In this document: piece by piece, positions 58,052 through 64,000 of the stretch
Layout: each line of letters opens with the position of its first letter
Position numbering within the stretch: the stretch's first letter is position 1
NCBI RefSeq assembly: GCF_009914755.1
Contig: NC_060929.1
DNA length: 64,000 bases
Direction: 5' to 3' (one strand)
Source of the DNA: the human T2T-CHM13v2.0 reference genome, Homo sapiens
Translations under genes and position numbers: made by a program
The notes under the pieces: model-generated
Seen by the model: the letters and a program-made list of their open reading frames with translations, nothing else
Told to the model about the DNA's origin: nothing
Database searches by the model: none

Positions 58052-61000
58052 CATAAGTATTATCAGCATGATAGACCAAGCTGAGGGAAGAATCTCAGAA
58101 CTTGAATACTGTCTCTCTGAAATAAGACAGTCAGACTTATGAGGACTTATAAAGAAAAAAGAACGAAGAAGAATGAACAAAACCTCCAAGAAGTATGAGA
58201 TTATGTAAAAAAACTAAATCTACAAATCACTGGCATTCCTGAAAGGGATGGGGAGAAAGCCAACAACTTGGAAAGCAGATTTCAGGATATCATCCTAGAA
58301 TCTAGCAGGAGTTCTCTGTATTTCCTGAACTTGTCTGTTGGCCTCTCTGGCAAGTTTTGGGAAAGGCCCAGAGAGGCCATAGTTGACTTCAGGAAATACA
58401 GAGAACCCCTGCAAGTTTCTACACAAAAAGAACATCCTAAAGACACATGATCATCAGATTTTCGAAGATTAAAATGAAAAAAAAAGAATGTTAAAGACAA
58501 CTAGAGAGAAAGGGCAGGTCACCTAGAAAAGGGAAGCCCATCAAACTAACAGCAGACCTGTCAGCAGAAACCTTACAAGCCAAAAGAGACTGGGGGGCCT
58601 ATATGCAACAGTCTCAAAAAAAAAAAAAAAATCTTCAACCAAGAATTTTATGTCCAGCTGAACTAAGCTTCCTAAGTGAAGAAGAAATAAGATCTTTTTC
58701 AGATATGCAAATGTTTAGGGAGTTCGTTACCACCAGACCTGTCTTACAAGAGATCTTGAAAGGAGCACTAAGTATGGCAAGGAAAGACTGCTACTAGTTA
58801 ATACAAAAGCACACTTAAATATACAGGCAAGTGACACTATAAAGCAACCACACAAACAAGTCAGGATAATAACCAGCTAACAACATGACAGGATCAAATC
58901 CACATATATCAATACAAACCTTGAATGTAAATGGGATAAATTTCTCACTTAAAAGGCACAGAGTGACAAACTAGATTAAAAAGCAAGACTCAATGGTATG
59001 CTGCCTTCAAGAGAGATACCTCACACATAACAACACCCATAAGCTCAAAATAAAGGGATGGAAGAAAATCTACAAAGCAAATGGAAACCAGAAAAAAGCA
59101 GGAGCTGCAATCCTAATTTTGGAACAACAGACTTTAAACTAACAAAGATCAGAAACTAACGAAGAAGGGCATTAAATAATAATAAGGTGTTCAATTCACC
59201 AAGAAGATCTGACTATCCTAAATTTATATGCACCCAACATAGGAGCACCCAGATTCATAAAGCAAATTCTTAGAGACCTGCAAAGAGACATAAGACTCCA
59301 ACATAGTAATAGTGGGACAGTTCAACATTCCACTGACAGTATTAGACAGATCATCAAGGCAGAAAATTAACAAAGATATTTAGGACCTGAACTCAACATT
59401 GGAGCAAATGGATCTGATAGACCTCTACAGAACTGTCCATCCGAAAACAACAGAATATACATTTTTTTCTCATCAACAGATGGCACATTCTAAAACTCAG
59501 CCAATAATTAGACATAAAACAATGCTCAGCAAATGCAAAAGAAGCAAAATCATACCAAACACACTCTCAGACGATATTGCAATAAATAAAGAAGTCAAGA
59601 CTAAGAAAATTGCTTGGCCAGGCGCAGTGGCTCACATCTGTAATCCCAGCACTTTGGGAGGCTGAGGCAGCTGGATTACCTGAGGTCAGGAGTTTAAGAC
59701 CAGCCTGGCCAGCATGGCAAAACCCTGTCTCTGTTAAAAATACAAAAATTAGCTGGGCATGGTGGCATGCACCTGTAATCCCAGCTACTCAGGAGGCTGA
59801 GGCAGGAGAACCACTTGAACCTGGGAGGCGGAGATTTCAGTGAGCCGAGATCGCACCATTACACTCCAGCCTGGGTGACAAGAGTGAAACGTCACAAAAA
59901 AAAAAAAAAAAAAAAAAGAAAGAAAGAAAATTGCTCAAAACCACGGAATTACATGGAAATTAAACAACGTGCTCATGAATGACTTTTGGGTAAATAATGC
60001 ATAAGGCAGAAATCATTAAGTTCTTTGAAACTAATAACAACAAAGACATAACATACCAGAATTTCTGGGACACAGCTAAGGCAGTGTTAAGAGGGAAAGT
60101 CATAGCACTAATTTCTCACATCAAAAAGTTGGAAAGATTTCAAATTAATGACTAACATCACAACTGAAAGAATTAGGGAAGCAAGAATAAATCAACCCCA
60201 AAGCTAGCAGAAGACAAAAAACAATCAAAATCAGAGCTAAATGGAAGGAAACTGAAACACAGAAAAACACTCAAAAGATAAACAAATCCAGGAGTTGGTT
60301 TTTTGAAAAAATTAATAAGATCGAAAGACTGCTAACTAGGGTAATAAAGAAGAAAAGAGAGAATATCCAAATAAACATGATTAGAAATGACAAAGAGGAT
60401 GTTACCACTGACCCCACAGAAATATTAATAAAAACAACCATCAGAAACTACTATGAACACCTCTATGCACACAAACTAGAAAACCTAGAAAAGATGGATA
60501 AATTTCTGGAAACATGCACCCTCCTAGAACTAAACCTGGAATAAACTGATTCCCTGAAAAAGACCAAAAATAAGCTCTAAAATTGAATCAGTAATAAATA
60601 GCCTACCAATCGAAAAAAAAAAAAAACAAAAGCCCAGGGCCAAATGAATTCACAGTGAAATTCCACCAGTTGTACAAGAAAGAGCTTGTACCATTCCAAA
60701 AAATCAAGAAGGAGGGACTCCTCCCCAACTCATTCTATGAGGCCAGCATCATCCTGATACCAAAATATGACAGACACAACAACAACATCAAAAAACTTCA
60801 AGCCAATATCCTTGGTGAACATTGATGCAAAAATCCCTAACAAAATACTTGAAAACTGAATCTAGCAGCACATGAAGAGCTAATCCATCATGTTCAAGTA
60901 GGCTTTATACCCACGATTTAAGGCTGGTTCAACATACACAAATCAATAAATGTGATTCATCACATAAACAGAACTAAAGACAAAACCCACATGATTATCT

Positions 61001-63229
61001 CAATAGATGCAGAAAAGGCTTTCAATAAATTTCAACATCGCTTCATGTTAAAAACTCTCAATAAACTAGGTATTGAGGGAACATACCTCAAAATAGTAAG
61101 AACCATCTATAACAAACCCACAGTCAACATTATACTGAATGGGCAAAAGCTGGAAGCATTCCCTTTGAAAACCAGCACAAAACAAGGATGCCCTCTCTCA
61201 CCACTTTTATTTAACATAGTATTGGAAGTCCTAGCCACAGCAATCAGGCAAGAGAAAGAAATACAGGGAATCCAAATAGGAAGAGAGGAAGTCAAATTAT
61301 CTCTGTTTGCAGATGACATGATTCTATGTCTAGAAAACCCTATAGTTCTGTCTCAAAATCTCCTTCAGCTGATAACTTCAGCAAAGTTTCAGGATGCAAA
61401 GTAAACATACAAAAATCACTAGCATTCCTATACACCACCAGGAGCCAAGCCAAGAGCCAAATCAGGAACACAATCCCATTCACAATTGCCACAGAAAGAA
61501 CAAAGTACCTAGGAATACGGCTAACCAGGGAGGTGAAAGATTCCTATGGTGAGAATTACAAGACACTGCTCAACGAAATCAGAGAATACACAAACAAATG
61601 GAAAAATATCCTTCACATGCTTATGGATAGGAAGAATCCATATATCATTAAAATGACCATACTGCCCAAAGCAATTTATAGATTCATTGCTATTCCTATC
61701 AAACTACCAGTGACAGTCTTCACAGAACTAGAAAACACTATTTTAAAATTCATATGGAACCACAAAAGAACCCAAATAGCCAAGGCAGTCCTAAGGAAAA
61801 GGAAGAAAGCTGGAAGAATCACATTACCCACCTTCAAACTATACTACAGGGCTACAGTAACCAAAACAGCATAGTATTGGTACAAAAACAGGCACATAGT
61901 GCAATGGAACAGAATAGAAAGTCCCCAAACAAGACCACTCACCTATGACCGTCTGATCTTTGACAAAACTGATAAAAACAAGCAATGGGGAAAAGACTCC
62001 CTATACAATAAGTGGTGCTGGGATTATTGGCTAGCGATATGCAGAAGATTGAAGCTGGATCTCTTCCTTAAGCCATATACAAAAATCAACTCAAGATTAA
62101 TTAAAAACTTAAATGTAAAACTAAAAACTGTAAAAACCCTGGAAGATAATCGAGGCAATACCATCCTGGAAACAGGAACAGGCAAAGATATCATGACAAA
62201 GACACCAAAAGCAATCACGACAAGAGCAAAATTTGACAAATGGGATCCAATTAAACTTAAGAGCTTCTGCACAGCAAAATAAACTGTGAACAGAGTAAAC
62301 AACCTGCAGAATGGGAGAAAATGTTTGCAAACTATACATCTGTAAGAACTTAAGCAAATTTACAGGAGAAAAAGGAGAATAACAACCAATCCCATTTAAA
62401 AGTGGGCAAAGGACGTCAACAGAATTTTCCGAAGAAGGCATACATGCAGCCAACAAGCATATGTTATAAAAGCTCAATATCACTGGTCATTACAGAAATG
62501 CAAATCAAAACTACAATGAGACACCATCTCACACAGTCAGAATGGCTATAATTAAGAAGTCAGAAAATAACAGATGCTGGTGTGGTTGTGGAGGAAAGCG
62601 AACACTTATACATTGTTGGAGGGAATGTAAGTTAGTTCAAACATTGCGGAAAGCAGTATGGTGACTCCTCAGAGAGCTAAAGCAGAACTACCATTCCACC
62701 CAGCAATCCCAGTACTGGGGATATACTCAGAGGAATATAAATCATTCTACCATAAAGATACCTGCACACGTATATTCATTGCAGCTCTATTGACAATAGC
62801 AAAGACATGAAATCAACCTAAATGCCCATTAATGACAGACTAAATAAAGAAAATGGGATACATATACACCATGGAATACTATGCAGCCATAAAAAAGAAC
62901 AAGATAATGTCTTCTGTGGGAATATGGATGGAGGTGGAGGCCATTATCCTTAGCAAACTAACACAGGAAAAGAAAACCAAATACTATATGTTCTCACTTA
63001 TAAGTAGGAGCTAAATGATGAGAACTCATGAACTATAAGAAGGGAACAATAGACAATGGGGTCTGTTGAGGGTGGAGGTTGGGAAGAGGGAAAAGAGCAG
63101 AAAAAGTAACTATTAGGTACTAGACTTAGTATGTGGATGATGAAATAATCTGTACAACTAACCCCCATGACACCAGTACCTATATCACAAACTTTTACAT
63201 GTATCCACTAAACTAAAAGTTAAAAAAAA
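58052..63229 (+). mobile_element. L1PA15/16-like LINE-1 from mid-ORF1 through decayed ORF2 to 3' UTR
   Basis: ORF2 fragments [42 protein letters not shown]; 3' UTR with G-rich tract, ends ...aactaaaagttaaaaaaaa; stops and frameshifts. Confidence 0.93.
59616..59923 (+). mobile_element. AluS (Sq/Sx-like) inserted in L1 ORF2
   Basis: Full Alu; TSD aagaaaattgct (59603-59614 / 59924-59935). Confidence 0.95.
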
Positions 63230-63831
63230 GGATTCTAAATTAGAATAAGTATTTTACTTACATAGTAGATACTCTTCCTTCTGCTACATTAAAAATATTT
63301 ACACTTTGAAACAGCAGGAGGAGTATGAAAACATTTCTATAAAACATCTAAAAATTATCAGTTTATCTTTTGTCTTTTCTTTTCTTTTCTTTTTTTCTGT
63401 TTTTTTGAGACACAGTCTCTGTCACCCAGGCTGGAGTGCAGCGGCGTGATCTCAGCTCACTACAACCTTCCCTCCAAGGTTCAAGCTGTTTTCCTGCCTC
63501 AGTCTCCCGAGTAGCTGGGACTACAGGCATGTGCCACCATGCCCTGATAATTTTTTTTGTATTTTTAGCAAAGACGGGTTTTCACCATGTTGGTCAGGCT
63601 GGTCTTGAACTCCAGACCTCCCAAAGTGCTGGGATTACAGGCGTGAGCCACCGTGCTCAGCCCAGTTTATCTTTCTAGCCATGTATTTCTCTAAACTCAC
63701 AGAGATATCTGGAATTCAACTAACTAAATGTGTAAGTAGTGTGCTTGTATTTTTCTGTATTGCCTATTTTCATATTGGGCAAATGTTCTTTTTACACAGT
63801 AAATAAAAGGCAAAATGCTCTCCTAAAAATA
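63230..63831 (+). other. Putative L1 3'-transduced segment (~290 bp unique DNA plus an Alu)
   Basis: Lies between the L1 3' end and the right TSD copy; AATAAA at 63802-63807, A-remnant at 63825-63831. Confidence 0.7.
63371..63662 (-). mobile_element. AluS with ~24-nt internal deletion
   Basis: TSD cagtttatcttt (63359-63370 / 63663-63674); gacctc|ccaaagt junction. Confidence 0.92.
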
Positions 63832-63842
63832 ATCTAATTTCT

Positions 63843-64000
63843 TAAGCATATTAATCACATAAAGCCTATGTCTGAAAAGCCTAATATTTACATCTCCTAT
63901 TGGTCTATTTCTATTTTCTGTTTTACTATCTTGGCTTTTTCGGTCATTGAATCCTGTCAGCTAGTATATTGGGTAATTTTATTTAATTAATTTATTTATT
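63843..64000 (-). mobile_element. Old antisense L1M ORF1 fragment, right part of the split element
   Basis: Joins in frame to 57955 across the TSD: NMLKKLDIKVENFKKELET. Confidence 0.7.

Noticed and set aside
60952-62282. Reverse-transcriptase ORFs as an active or domesticated RT gene
   Set aside because: Frameshifted fragments of decayed L1 ORF2 with stops and an Alu insertion upstream

Overview
Primate (most likely human) genomic DNA, AT-rich and repeat-rich. The whole window lies inside HAPLN1 (cartilage link protein), transcribed on the minus strand. It holds the first coding exon (27931-28056, signal peptide plus Link-N peptide) and the Ig-domain exon (6961-7332), separated by a 20.6-kb intron. 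I did not recognise the 5' non-coding exon or the two Link-module exons in the window. The rest is intronic: about 17 Alus, MIR/L2/L3 relics, hAT and Tigger DNA-transposon relics, a long old L1MC-like element and nested L1 fragments. The most interesting object is an apparently single three-part retro-insertion at 57956-63831: U6 snRNA copy + ~4.8 kb L1PA-like body + ~290 bp 3'-transduced DNA with its own AATAAA, bounded by an 11-bp target-site duplication (TSD) that splits an older L1. Other oddities are tailless Alu insertions with intact TSDs (one only 15 nt long), three fold-back inverted duplications within 8.4 kb, and a NAGNAG acceptor on the Ig exon. There is no prokaryotic-type system (CRISPR, operon). 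Repeat subfamily names come from remembered consensus sequences, not from a search.
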